A DNA stretch of 64,000 nt from Amoebidium appalachense (taxonomy: Eukaryota > Protista > Ichthyosporea), in the NCBI GenBank assembly GCA_963693365.1, contig CAVNZM010000003.1:14540914-14604913 (forward strand). The letters run 5' to 3'. The notes beneath the pieces are model-generated. The model did not search any database and was not told the DNA's origin. It was given only the letters and a program-made list of their open reading frames with translations. A program made the translations under genes and the position numbers. Numbering within the stretch: position 1 is the first letter of the stretch; each line of letters starts with the position of its first letter. Below are positions 1-14,135 of this stretch, piece after piece.

Positions 1-530
1 ACTTGAACATGGGTAGGTCACCCGTCTTGATCAGAGACGAGCAGGGTTGCTTAAGCAGGCATGGGCAGTGACCGGGGGTTAAAGTTGCAGCAGTAAGCAG
101 AAGCAAGAAAAATATAGATAGGAACTCAGGAGACGGGGCTTCTAGGAAGCTCCCCTGTCGCTACCTAAGTCGATACTCCCCTGGCTAACATACTACACCA
201 GCTGAAAAGAATTAGGTCCCGAGGGCCGCAGAATTCGCAATCAGAGGGGAAAATATATGATTTGACCCACGCCGCAGGGTAATAACACACTTACTAGGGC
301 GGAACTTTAACGTCTTCGAACGGAAAGCTATGCCCCCGGATGTCAGCCGGAAATATGGTATCACCCATTGCTTTGGGCTTGAAAAAAGCCAAACCGATAG
401 TCCGAGTTATATGCCGCATGGGTTCAAATGGAGCTGTCGCCAACAGAGCGGTGTGTGCATGCGTGAGCGTAATGCAATGTGTGAAGTGTGTCTATAGCTA
501 TGAGAGGGGGTATGCAGAAGTGGACAGATG
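1..530. repeat. Segmental duplicate of 6645-7200 (degenerate domain copy)
   Basis: Near-identical to 6645-7200 from ACTTGAACATG to GGACAGATGAAG, with small indels. A shorter related piece lies at about 8560-8740. Confidence 0.9.
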
Positions 531-923
531 AAGGGGGTAGGTCGATGTGAAGTATGTATCAGGTATTGGCTTATCATGGATAGCGGCGTGAAGGCACGAG
601 GGCCAAAAATAAGGTGTGATTGCAGAAATAGTAAAAATTAACTATATGACAACAATAACAATAATAACTAAATATAGCAAAAGTAATATTTATACACAAC
701 ATTGACGGCCATGATGTCAAAAATAGCACGACAACAACCAAAAAAAACAAAACAAAAACAAGGAGAAATGGTGAAAACAATCTCACGGTTATATCAACTA
801 AAAACAGCAACACTAAAAAAAACAAAAATGCGGGCTACAACAGCATGGATATTAAGTTTACTAACAGCAACGATGATAATAACAACGCCACTAACAGTAT
901 GATATGTCGCCAACCTTGCCGAT

Positions 924-959
<36 letters not shown>

Positions 960-2003
960 AACCGAAAAAAAAAGGAGGGGCACGAGGGGGGGGGGAGGGG
1001 GGGGGGGGGGGGGGGGGGGGCTGAATGCGGAACATAGTACGAAGTACACATACACGATTAGACGCATGGCGCAGGACGCATGCAAAGGCAAACATTCAAG
1101 TATGCAACATCAGCAAGGCGCACAGTATGCGTCATAAGCAGAGCCCATCCTCAGGGACGGCCCGGGGGGGGGGGGGGGGGGGGGGGGGGGGAGGGATCTC
1201 CCTATGATACCTTGTTCTGGCTCTGACTGAGATACATCCCAGGAATGGGGGATAAGCCACGAACCTGCACCCAAAATACGTGAGCATCTGGACCACACGC
1301 ACACAGGAAAAACAAGAAAAATGCGGTCAAAAAAACCCCAATTCAAGGCAAAAGTTACTATATCCCGAATAGAGTAAGCACATGCTTGATCGGCACTGAA
1401 CTCCCGCCCCCATCCACAGCCCCCCTCTCTCCCCCCTCCCCCCCCCCCCCCCCCTTCCCCACACACACGCACACAAAAGGAATCCCCCCCCCCCTCCCCC
1501 CCCCCCCCCATTTCTTCCCCTTCCGCCGGTTCTTCAAGACGATGATGTGTAAGAACGGGTATTAAGAGAGGACAGATGCATGCACACAGGCACATCCACG
1601 GCACACACACGGGGCCATCTGATCGACAGAAAAAAGAAAAAGCAATAATCAAAAAGTCAAAGGAATCGAGTCATGCAGAGAGCAACAACGTTTGCAGTCC
1701 CCCCCCCCCCCCCCCCCCCCCTCCCCCTTCCAAAAAAAAAAAAGGAAGAAAAAGAAAAAAAGAAAAAAAAAAAGAAAAGAAAAAAAAGAAAAGAAAGCAC
1801 TCATTTGGCCCATAGTCAAGCTTCCAGATAGAACATTCGGGAAGGAAATAACAACACAGGAACGATGGCTGAATGAGGAATGGACCATGAAAGAGGGTGA
1901 GACAAACTCTGTGAAGGCCGGGGGGTGGGGGAGGAGGGGGGAGGGGGGCGGGGGGCGGGGGGGACAAGAGAGCAAGAGAGGGGGGAGGGGGATGGGCTGT
2001 GTG

Positions 2004-2087
<84 letters not shown>

Positions 2088-2841
2088 GTGTGTGCATGCG
2101 CGAGCCCGGGACGTGCATGCGTCGTTTGCCCATGTTGTTTTGTGCGAGTGTAAGTGAGTGCCTGTGCAGGTGCCTCTGCTTGTGCTTGCACCTGTTTGTA
2201 TGTGTGCACGTCTGTGTGTGTGTGCATGTTCGTGTGTGCGTGTACGGGTGCACATGTGTGCTTGTCAGTTAGTGGGTGTAGCTTTGCGTGCACATGGACA
2301 TGTTGAACGATGTGCATGGCATATGCATAGCGTGTGCATGCGTATGTGTGTGGCTACTCCGTAGAAGTGCAAGTGTAAGCCTGTGCATGCGGGCACACAC
2401 ACCAACGTGTGCAAGCATACACATTCGAGTTTGTCTGGTCTCAAATTGCATCCCCCATCGAGCATAATTATAAAAATATTAAAAAAAGGAAGGAATATGT
2501 GCAAGTCAACTATGCTATTTGCGCACATGTAACCGTTCCCTCCCAGAAACTTGGCCAATTTAATCTCACCTGGGATTCAGGCAGCAAATTCATTGGTTCC
2601 TGCGTGTGTATAGGGAGAGCGAAAGCAGAGGAGCCATTGGTTAGTTGGTTAGAATCGGACGGATTTGATTGGTTGGTGGGTAGCAACGCGATGGTGGGTG
2701 CCTGGACGGGCGCTGCGACAGGGGAGGAGATGCGTGGTAGTGGCTGGAATGGCTCTGTTGTGTGTGCGCGGGGGGAGGGGGGGGGGGGAGGGGGGGGAGA
2801 GGGAGGGGGAGGGGGGGGGGGATTGTGGGGGAGGGGTGTGT

Positions 2842-2872
<31 letters not shown>

Positions 2873-2918
2873 GGGAGGGAGAGGGGAAGGGGAAGGGTAT
2901 GTGTGGGTGTTCGTGTGT

Positions 2919-2949
<31 letters not shown>

Positions 2950-3040
2950 GGGGGGTTGGAAGGGGGGAGGTGGGGAGGGTTGTGTGTGTGTGTGTCTGTG
3001 TGTATGTGTCTGTGTATATGTGTGTGTGTGCGTGCGTGCA

Positions 3041-3138
<98 letters not shown>

Positions 3139-3807
3139 GTGTGTGCAGATGTGTGTGTGTATTGATGCATGTGGATGCATGGGTGTGAATGTGCGCAAAA
3201 AGTGGTGGTGGTGGGGGGGGGAGGGATGTCAGCATATAGCACCATATGTGTACAGCTGAGTCACCATGGGTCGGAATGTCCAGTGCTAAGCCAGAGAGCG
3301 GAAGAAGAAGGGTGGGTATGCAGATGAACGAGCGGGGTGGGGTGGGGTGGGGCGGCTTGGGGGAGGCGGGGGTGGTGGTGGTGGGGACGGAAGAAAGGAG
3401 GGGGGGGGGGGGGGGGGGGGGGGGGGTCTTGAGGGATTAGGGGGGGGAGGGGGGGAGGGGGGGAGGGAGGGAGGAGGTTTAACTTTGATAGTTAACGTGA
3501 GAAGAGGAATTTATGTACAGCACGGAGGGTCTAGGAGTGTGCACCTAAATTCACTAACACAACCGCCAGTGGTTAATGTGCAGCCGTGTATCTGTGTGCA
3601 CGCGTGGATGTGTAAATGTGTGTATGTGCTTGCATGTGTGTGTGTGTGTGTGCGTGTGCTTGCATGTTGGCGTGTGTGCATGTGCATGTGTGTGTGTGTG
3701 TGTGTGCTTGCATGTGTGTATGTGTGTGCCTGCATGTATATATGTGCAAATATGTTTTGGTTGACGCGCGGCGCGTGCATTTATGTTGGCGTGTGTGCAT
3801 CTGCTTG

Positions 3808-3847
<40 letters not shown>

Positions 3848-4223
3848 TGTGTGTATGTGCTTGCATGTGCCTGTGCGTGTGCATGTGAGTGCGTGTGTGT
3901 AAGTGCATGTGTCTGTGTGTGTGTGTATTTGTGTGTGTGTGTGTACGTGTGTGTGCGGAAGGGTGTGTGTGTGTGGGAGTGGGTGTGTGCATGTACACAC
4001 AAAAAAGCACATGTGGAAAGAACATATGCATGCACACACAGCGATCACACACACACACACACATAAACACACACACACACACATACACACACACACATCC
4101 ACCCACCCATCTCAACACACACAATCCCACACACAAAACCAACCATACACCCACACGCCCACACACACACACGAACATACCCACATTGAGACGCGCCCAC
4201 CCATTCCCAACCACACCAACCCT

Positions 4224-4255
<32 letters not shown>

Positions 4256-4614
4256 ACCACCACCACCACCACCCACCCCCCACCCACACCTACCCACCCA
4301 CCCACCCACCCATCCACACACACCTACCCACCCACCCACCCACCCATCCACACACACCTACCCACCCACCCACCCACCCATCCACACACACCTACCCACC
4401 CACCCACCCACCCATCCACACACACACGTACACACACACATCCATGCACGTGCATGCTAACACTTTATATTCAACCAGGCCCACCTGTAGCCAGTAGCAC
4501 CGACAGACGCCAACTAGTCCATGGCTCCCCCTCAAATGCCCCAGCGTGGATTTGCCCACCAAACCGCAGCGTCCCTGCCTGAAATTTCAATTAGTCAAAG
4601 CTGACGACCCCCCC

Positions 4615-4645
<31 letters not shown>

Positions 4646-4767
4646 AAGAAAAAAAAAAACAAAAAAAACAAAACAAAAAAAAAAACACATACACACATCT
4701 TCCCCAGCAGCATCTGCCTTGACTCCGCCCCCTAAGGATGTGTGTTGCATCCTCTCTCTCCGTATAT

Positions 4768-4819
<52 letters not shown>

Positions 4820-4855
4820 GCGTGCGTGTGTGTGTGTGTGCGTGTGCGTGTGCGT

Positions 4856-4934
<79 letters not shown>

Positions 4935-5041
4935 TTTAGGCATTTTTGTGTTCATGGTTTTCGTTCTGGATTTGCACTTCGTGCAAAGTAGCACATACCA
5001 CATAACCACCACCACCCCCCTCCTTTCCCACTTACCCTCCC

Positions 5042-5076
<35 letters not shown>

Positions 5077-5438
5077 TTCTCCCCGCCCCTACCCCCCTGT
5101 CCTAAACCCATACCCCAACCCGGCCCCAAGCCGTGTAGGGGCACACACATACCATCGTAGAAGTATACAGATCAAAAAGACATGCATTCACGAACAAATT
5201 ACATGTCAAAACACCGATCGAAGCCAAAGAGCCACAAGAAGGGGGGAATCAGCGTATGTGTCACGTCATGAAAAATATAAGGATATTAGGCAGGAAAAAA
5301 CAAAAAAAAGGTTTCTAAGTGAACACATGGAATTGCCTTTTCTTGCTTACAAATGCTCGAGGTATTTACACCCGTAGAGCTTCAACGTTTATCCAGTTGA
5401 TAGAGGTCTTTAAATATGATATCATTCGGCATACATAC

Positions 5439-5978
5439 CTCGTTCTGCGTCTTGATAATCTCAATTAACCCCCTAGCCCACGGAGCCTTCACAGACCCTA
5501 AAATTTCAACGACCCTCTCCACCGCTAATTCCTTGCGCACGCCCCTCAGGAGCGCCATCAGGGAATAGACCCCGCGCAATCTCTCCGATCGCGTGAAATT
5601 TCCGTAAATCACAGGAATTATGTTGTCAAAAAGAGCTGTCGCGACAATATCCGGAACCCCCCCGCCCTGCGCCAAATCCCCCACGAAATTCATAAATCGC
5701 GTAAGTTCAATCGCGGAATCACACAGATCGTTCACCGTCGAAACAGAAACCTTTCTTTCCGCCAGCCATACGTAAGAGTTTTCCCCAAACATCAACTCGA
5801 GGATTGCTTTTGCGTTGTAAAAACAAACGAGAGTTCTCGCAGACATGTGCCCGTTTGTTTTCGCCAAAAAGCGCCAAACGTAGGTGGTGACAGACTCCCA
5901 AGTCTCCGGAAGAATGTCGGCGGGCGTGTCGGCAGGTGAAAACATGGATTGGGTGACGGATAGGCATGAAGGGGAAAC
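5439..5978 (-). CDS. Open exon (180 codons) encoding one copy of the unknown repeated domain
   Basis: Lies in ORF 5382..6341. Acceptor ccccttcAG ends at 5979 after a C-rich tract; donor GTATGT starts at 5438. The exon is 540 nt with no stops. Confidence 0.6.
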
Positions 5979-6400
5979 CTGAAGGGGTGGGAGGGAGGGG
6001 GAGCGGGCGTGGGGGTGGAGGGGAGGGATGTGGAGGGGGAGGAGGGGGCGGCGGAGAGGATGGGGGATGAGGGGAGAGGGGGAAAGGAGAGGGGGGGTGG
6101 GGAGAGGGGTTGAGGGAGGAAGAGGATGGGGGGAGGGGACGGGGGGAGGAAAGGATGTGGGGAGGAGGGTAGGGGTGGGAGGGGGAGGATATGGGGATGA
6201 GGGGGAAAGAGGATGGGGGGAGGGGGAGGCATACATTAAATAGGCAGATTCATAATGGATAGCAAAGAATACAACACAAGTAGCACTCAACCCCTTGACG
6301 CAAGTTATCCATGGTTTCTGGGTTGATTCGGGTGGGTGCATGGGTGTGTGTTCGTGTATGTCATTTCTTTATCTATCTATCTGTTTATTAATTTATTTAT

Positions 6401-6435
<35 letters not shown>

Positions 6436-6644
6436 GAGGGGGGGGGGGGGGGGGGGGGTTTTGAATGCGTCAAAAAGTACGAAGTACACAAGAACAAACG
6501 GATAACACGATGCAGAATGCAAGCCATACATAAAGAGTATGCATAATAAGCAGAGCCCATCCTCAGGGGGGCCCACGTCATCCACAGTACCCGAGTTTCG
6601 ACCTATTCCCCTCGTTAACGAAACCCAACTCAGATACTGTTTCA

Positions 6645-7200
6645 CTTGAACATGAGTAGGTCACCCGTCTTGATCAGAGACGAGCAGGGTTGCTTATGCA
6701 GGCAAGGGCAGTGGGAAAGGCCGGGGGTTAAAGTTGCAGCAGTAAGCAGAAGCAAGAAAAATATAGATAGGAACTCAGGAGACGGGGCTTCTAGGAAGCT
6801 CCCCCGTCGATACCTAAGTCGATACTTCCCTGGCTAACATACTACACCAGCTGAAAAGAATTAAGTCCCGAAGGCCACAGAATTCGTAATCAGAGGGGAA
6901 AATATGAGATTTGACCCACGCCGCAGGGTAGTAACACGCTTACTAGGGCGGAACTTTATCGTCTTCGAACGGAAAGCTATGCCCCCGGATGTCAGCCGGA
7001 AATATGGTATCACCCATTGCTTTGGGCTTGAAAAAAGCCAAACCGATAGTCCGAGTTATGTTACGCCGGCGGGTAACATGCCGCATGGGTTCCAAGGGAG
7101 CTGTCGCCAACAGAGCGGTGTGTGCATGCGTGCGCGTAACGCAATGTGTGAAGTGTGTCTATAGCTATGAAAGGGGGTATGCAGAAGTGGACAGATGAAG
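6645..7200. repeat. Segmental duplicate of 1-530
   Basis: Direct sequence match to the window start. The in-frame stops of the protein-like minus frame are shared by both copies. Confidence 0.9.
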
Positions 7201-7259
7201 TGTGTGGAGAGAAAAACAGTAAGAAGAAAAGTAGACACCGGTATGTGCAACCCCGCACA

Positions 7260-7296
<37 letters not shown>

Positions 7297-7355
7297 TAAG
7301 CGAAGATTACAGGTAATCAACCAGAACAACAAATGACAAGCAAAACAACAGGCGC

Positions 7356-7391
<36 letters not shown>

Positions 7392-7398
7392 AGGAAAA

Positions 7399-7503
<105 letters not shown>

Positions 7504-7504
7504 G

Positions 7505-7535
<31 letters not shown>

Positions 7536-7666
7536 GGGGGGAGGGGGAGGGGAGGGGGAGGGGGGTCTTAGGGATGCTGCAGAATCGTCAGATATTAGAC
7601 AAATCGTACCAATACGATCATTCTCTCATATATGTGAGAAGATTGTGACTAACGATGTGCAGATCT

Positions 7667-7720
<54 letters not shown>

Positions 7721-8165
7721 ATATGTGGTGCAGAGTGAAGCTAAAGCACAGCTGAACTGAGCATCAAGCAAAAATATAAAACAGAGAGAGGAGTGTTCCT
7801 ACAGGTGACCTATGAGGGTCGAGTGTGGTTGGGGGGGAGACGGGGACGGGGGGGGGGGGGGGGGGGGGGAGGGGGATTGCCTGCATCTGAACAAAGGGGA
7901 GGTGAGGAGGGGGATGCATGGAAATAAGGGGAGGGTGGCGGGGCCGGGCGAGGGGAGGGGAGGAAGGGAGGGGGATCATGTTGTTCTACCCAACTCGCCC
8001 CAGGAGCAAAGCCAAACAACACCACGGAATGTGTGTGGTGTGTGTGCCTGTGTGTGCACGCACGTGCTATTGTGCACGCATGTGCGTGTGTGTGTGTGCA
8101 CGTGTGCTGCACGTTGAATCCTGGTGCAAGCGTGTTTGGCAGGTGCCCCCCCCCCCCTCCCCCCC

Positions 8166-8204
<39 letters not shown>

Positions 8205-9115
8205 CCGCGCGGCCCCCCATTCTTCTCCCTGTGTTGGAGCGTGTGTACTTGTGTATTCGTGCATTTGCATGCATGTGTGCGCCTTGGTGCATTGTGTGTG
8301 TGTGTGTGCGTGTCTCTGCATGAGCACGAGCATGTGTGCGTCAGAGTGTGTGTGCGATCTCTGCATGTGTGCTTGCACTTTTTTTTGCACTTTTTTTTCT
8401 CTTTTGTGTGTGTGTGGGTGTGGGTGTGGGTGTTTGGGGGGGAGGGAGGGAGGGGGGGGAGGGGGGGGGGGGGGTTGAATGCGGAACACGGTAGGAAGTA
8501 CGCATACACGAAGGACACATGCAAAGGCAAACATTCAAGTATGCAACATCAGCCATGCACACAGTATGCGTCATAAGCAGAGCCCATCCTCAGGGAGGGC
8601 CCAAGTCATCAATTGCGTCTGAGTTTCGAACCCTTAGCCCGCGTATATACGACTCTCCAACTCAGACAGCAGCATCAACTGAACTTGGGAGGGTCAACCC
8701 GTCTTGATCAAAGACGAGCAGGGTTGCTTATGCAAGCAAGGTGAGCAAAACGGTGAATATGTGTGTGGAAACTAATGCAGTGCAGCGGAAAATGCGTATG
8801 TGCTTACAGATGCACGACACAGAGCAACCATGCCCGGTTGCATGAAAGTAAAGCGGTCTGGGGGGGACGGGAGCGGGGGGAGTGAGGATAATAATACCTT
8901 GTCAGCTGCCGAAGAACGATTAATGGAACTCTCTGTGTGTGCACAAAGGTGTCAGTCGGACAGTGTGAAGGAAAAGGCCTTGTTTTGGTCTTGTTTTACT
9001 GCAAAACAAGGAAAGAGGCTACACTCGGAAACTGCTCACATCCCCCCCCCCCCCCCCCCAAACCCCCCCCCCCAAAATTCACGAGTATTTCCCGTACCAC
9101 ATGCTATTGAGCCCC

Positions 9116-9146
<31 letters not shown>

Positions 9147-9386
9147 AAAAACCCCACACACGCACGGACCAAAAGCTAGCCCCGCGAAAAGTGCCGCACA
9201 CGTTATAGCTTGGGTGTGCAACCAAAAAAAAAGAGGAATGGGTCTGTGTGTTGTGTGTGTGCGTCCAAAGGAACGTGCATGTATAGGGGGTGTGTTGCGT
9301 CTTGCAGATTTTGCAAAGGGCAGGAAAAAAAAAAGAACCACATACAAAGAGTATGCATCATAGGTAGAGGCGAGCTGGCTTGTGGT

Positions 9387-9521
<135 letters not shown>

Positions 9522-10127
9522 ATGTGTGCATGCGTGTGTGTGTGTGTGTGTATGTGTGTGTTTGTGTGCGTGCGTGCACGTGCGTGTATACATATAAAGG
9601 GGAGGTGGGGGGAGGGGACGGACGCTCTTACCTCCGCAAATTCCAACCGATTTCAACCATGACAGCCAGGGCTCGGTTTCCAGTGTGGGGGTGGGCATGC
9701 TGCCGCCCCACATAAGCGTGCCTGCCTGCAGGTATGTCGGATAAATCCTTGGTATATCTAACAGGTAAAATATATTATCTCATTGGACAGTCTATGTGTC
9801 GAATATATTCTTGGCATTTCTTGCGAAAAAAATTGCGGTTTTTTTGGATATCCACGCGAAACGATTATCTCATCATTTCTTACGAAAATACAATGTTATC
9901 TCCTTTGCCCGTTTTAATGTGTCGGATATCCTCCTTGCACCTTTTACGAAAAAGCCACGTTCTCTCCTTTGCAGACCTTACAACAATAAATGTTATCTCC
10001 TTTGCCCGTTTACAAGTCGGAAATCTCTTTTTCTATTTACCATGCCACACTCTATGAGTGTGCCACATCCAGAACACTTTTTACTTGCGACTATTTGGAC
10101 CGTGTACGTTTGTATTGGGGGTATAAA

Positions 10128-10174
<47 letters not shown>

Positions 10175-10248
10175 TGTACGCGTGGGGGGGGGGGAGGGGG
10201 GGGATGTACGCGTTGGAAGGTATGTGTCAAGGGGGGAGGGGGAGGGGG

Positions 10249-10279
<31 letters not shown>

Positions 10280-10283
10280 CTAC

Positions 10284-10890
10284 CTGGTGTTGTGATACGA
10301 GTTCAGCTCTTGCTTTAAGGGCCCACTCACACGACAAACTTTTAAAGAGCGCCCCCAGTCTGCTCACTGCAAGGTCTTTGCTGATCCCAGGATATAAATA
10401 GACCCGCAGGGCATTTTTCGTCCATTCCCATTGGCTGCTGGTGGAACCAATCGGATTGCTCGAAACAACGCCGCTGGTCACGTGATTCAATAGCTCAGAG
10501 GCACTCGAAGGCGGTAGCCGCCCACCCTGGACAAGCGAATTCAGGAAATCGGAAAACTCCCGGATTTTCTGTGCAAATTTTACAATCTCTCCTTCGCCGC
10601 TAGACAACTCCCGCCCAACGGTTTGCGCAGGCCAGTTTCCACCGTAATTCAATACCGAAATTTCAATCGCGTCGTTCAGGCAGAGAAGCGTAGCTACAGG
10701 GTGTCCGGTGTTTTTCGTGAACACCTCCGAAACATATTCCGCTAATGATTGGCCCTCGGTCGGTATAATCTCGTGCTTTGATTGGTCGGTGGTGTCGAAA
10801 ATGAGGCGTATGCGATCGACCAATGATGGGGGCTCTTTCGGCTGGTGGGAGAATTTTACCCTTTTAGAACACGTTCTCAGGACAAACACC
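10284..10890 (-). CDS. Open exon encoding a second copy of the unknown repeated domain
   Basis: Lies in ORF 10227..11027; donor GTAG at 10283. Aligns by eye with the 5439-5978 exon (PGISKDLAVSRL..EWA vs RGVRKELAVERV..PWA). The 5' boundary is uncertain. Confidence 0.55.
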
Positions 10891-11200
10891 TCCCCCCTCC
10901 CCCCACTCCCCTCCCCCCCCCCCCCCCGGGCCCCGCCTCCCACCTCCTCTCCCCCCCCCCCCCCTCTCCCCCCTCCCCCCGGCCCCAACCTGTGCACACG
11001 CACACAGGCACACAGGCACTCACGCACGCATCACACACAAAAACGCACGAACAAACACACACACACACACACACACACACATGCAAGCAAGCAAGTATAC
11101 ATGCACATGCGTGCGCACACGGACACATCCACACGTACATGCACACACGCATGCACACACACACACACATGCACACGCCGGGCACTGCTCTCTCCACGCT

Positions 11201-11237
<37 letters not shown>

Positions 11238-11867
11238 ACCCACCCACCCACCCACCCACACACACCATGCCAGCCCCGGCCCCTCCTCCTCTCCCCTTCT
11301 CGCTTACCCCCATATCCGCCTCCCCCACCCCCCCCCCCCCCCCCCCCCCCCGCCCCCGAGTTCCCCTCCCCCCCTCCACGGCAAAGTCCCAGAAGATTAG
11401 CTAGAATAGTTGAATAAAGTTTTCAACGCTTTGCATAATCACAAACATCCAAACGAAAACGCATCACTAACCACATTCCTACCAAATCCCGTCACCCATG
11501 GTCCAAACATACCTACGAACATTCACCCGTATTCCAATGTAATCTTCTCATATTCACCCGTGTTCTAACGAGTTTTTCGCATTCAACCACATTCCAACCC
11601 ATTCTCCTCATATTCACGCGTAATCCAACCATTCCCCGCCACATCCAATCTTTTTTTCAACCCACGCTCCAACACGGTTCCCACAACCACGCTCACACGT
11701 ATCCCATGGTATACCAACACGAAAACTAAGCAAAAGGTTTTACCTTGGTTGTAGTTGTGAGTCCGCTCGTCGTTTCCGGAACCGGTGTGGCATGAGTGAT
11801 GATCTCCCACGCAGGATCGCTCAATGCGGTTTTCGTAGAAACGGGTTGGGTGGTGGGCAGCGCAATG

Positions 11868-12150
11868 TTAAGATTGGGAGTTGGGATCAGTGTGATGTTT
11901 TGTTTGGGAGTTGAACCCAGTGTAATGTTTTGATTGGGGGGGATTGGGAGTTAGAATCGGCGTAATGTTTTGAATAAGAGTTGATGTAACAGTAATGTTT
12001 TGATTGGGAGTTAAAGTCGGCGTAATGTTTTGATTGGGAGTTGAGGTAACCGTAATGTTTTGATTGGAAGTTGAGGTAAGCGTAATCTTTTGATTGGGGG
12101 TTAAGGTCGGTGTGATGTTTCGATTGGTAGATGTATTCAGCGTGATGTCT
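11868..12150 (-). repeat. 30-bp coding tandem repeat (ITPTLTPNQN-like decapeptide)
   Basis: Units of about gtaatgttttgattgggagtt.. recur every 30 bp. They translate within ORF 11868..12578, after KRPHPPVVDLT..PKKARLSP. Confidence 0.75.
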
Positions 12151-12413
12151 CCTTTGGGAGGTAAGGATGGCGTCTGGTTTTGAGTAATGATCCGGGGTGG
12201 GGAAGAATGTGATGCAGGGCTGAGTCGGGCCTTTTTGGGTGCGGGATTCGGAGATGACGTCAAGTCAACTACAGGTGGATGGGGTCGCTTACCTTGCTCG
12301 CCTGGATGGGTGAAACTGAATTTGTCAGTACATGTAGTATTTACTATATATATACATATATATATATACATACATACGTGCGTGCGTGCGTGCGTGCGTG
12401 CGTGTGTGTGTGT

Positions 12414-12510
<97 letters not shown>

Positions 12511-12620
12511 GTGTGTGTGTGTGTGTGTGTGTGAATATCCGAAGCTAAAATTGCATAGGTGCACGTGGAGGAAGTCAAACACAGAAAGGTGCAGAACAGG
12601 AATGGGTGTGAAAGAGGGGG

Positions 12621-12654
<34 letters not shown>

Positions 12655-13330
12655 ATTTACTGGGTTTGCGGTTGAAGTGGTGGGGATGAAGGGAGGGGTG
12701 GGGGTGAGGGGGCAGGGGTGGGGGGGGGCCCAAGCGTCGATGAGGGTTGAGGCTTTATCAGCTGCTTTCTGGGAAAAATGGACGTAAAGGTCGGAGGTAG
12801 ATTTTCAAGAAGCGATAAACTGCAGCGCAGAATATTTAAGGATGTACATGCTCAAAGAGATTGAGAAAACACGGAATGTTTTTTTTTTTTGTTACATATC
12901 TGCTTGTGAGTGGATGGCTGTTTGTGTGTTTATATGACAGCACATCTGCAGGTATTTCTGGACGCCCAACCCTGTGTGTGCTTGCAGGTGAAGTTATGTG
13001 CCTAGGTATGCGGGGTAATGTGGTTGTTTTTCTGCGTGTGCGCGCGCCCGCGGGCGTGTGAGCCTGTGCAGGTGTGCAGATGCGTGTGCGTACACAGGCG
13101 TAAGTGTGTGTGTGTATGCATGGTCTGTGGTTCTCGTGTCGATTTTATAGTCTTTTATACAGTAGGTGCTTTATGCTTGTGGAATAACGAATGCCCACGC
13201 GCGTATACTCACACCTGTGTGTGCTCGTGCATGTGTGTGCTCACGCATGTGTGTGCTCGTGCATGTGTGTGCTCACGCATGTGTGTGCGCGTAAATCCAC
13301 TTTGGTTTTTTTTAGAGCCTTTCATGTTAC

Positions 13331-13544
13331 CTGCATCGTTGTGTAGCCCTTTCTCCACAAGTTGCTCCTTCTTCTCCACTGGTTGAAACCATGGGAGGAA
13401 CTCCGGTGAAAAAGAATCCGGGGTAGGTACATCAGACACCTCTGATGCCATCTTTTGCACCAAGGACCTCAAATCTATATCCTCTTGCTCTCTGCGTGTG
13501 CGTGCGTGATGCTCAAACACCATTTCGTCAGCTGATGTTCCCAT
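13331..13544 (-). CDS. Probable first exon of the minus-strand locus (MGTSADEMVFEHH..HNDA)
   Basis: ATG at 13544, an open frame of ordinary amino-acid composition, and donor GTAAC at 13330. Confidence 0.45.
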
Positions 13545-13940
13545 CTTGGCTGGTAATTTGCATAGCAACAAGAACGAAGCTATGAAACCATTGTCAAGGA
13601 GGATCACAGCACTAGCATGAAGATGCCCTTGTACACCAAGTCGAAGAGACTTGTATGAACATACATCTAAACTACACGACGACTCGTTATAGGAATTACC
13701 CCGATGATTTTTACTAAGAGAAAAAATGACTTGTTTCTAAGCACACAGAAACATTCGAATTCCTGCGTCATGAAGCGTGTGTCCTCTGGAAACTGTGGCA
13801 CAATCTTGTGCGTGGGCTTAGCCAATCAAAATGGACGCTCTAACAGGGGTTGTGGGGTTTTGGCTGCGCCACCCGTTTTACCTCAAACTCAATCGTATTT
13901 TCGTCTCATTTACGATTCGTATAGACCCCTTTTGTTATTG

Positions 13941-14135
13941 AACTTCACTTTCACTTCGATCTCTTAGCTGTCACGTCAACTTTTTTCCCCGATTCTTCAC
14001 CATGGCAGGTATATAAAGGCTTTCGTTTCTTCTTCTTGTGGACTTCACTTTCACTTCGATCTCTTAGCTGTCACGTCAACTTTTTTTCCCGATTCTTCAC
14101 CATGGCAGGTATTTAAAGGCTTTCGTTTCTTCTTT
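13941..14135. repeat. ~101-bp tandem duplication
   Basis: acttcactttcacttcgatctcttagctgtcacgtcaac...aaaggctttcgtttcttctt occurs twice in tandem. Confidence 0.9.

Noticed and set aside
6645-7200. Alternative genetic code suggested by shared in-frame stops
   Set aside because: All three stop types occur, and intact TE ORFs end normally at TAA, TAG and TGA. Duplication after pseudogenisation is simpler.
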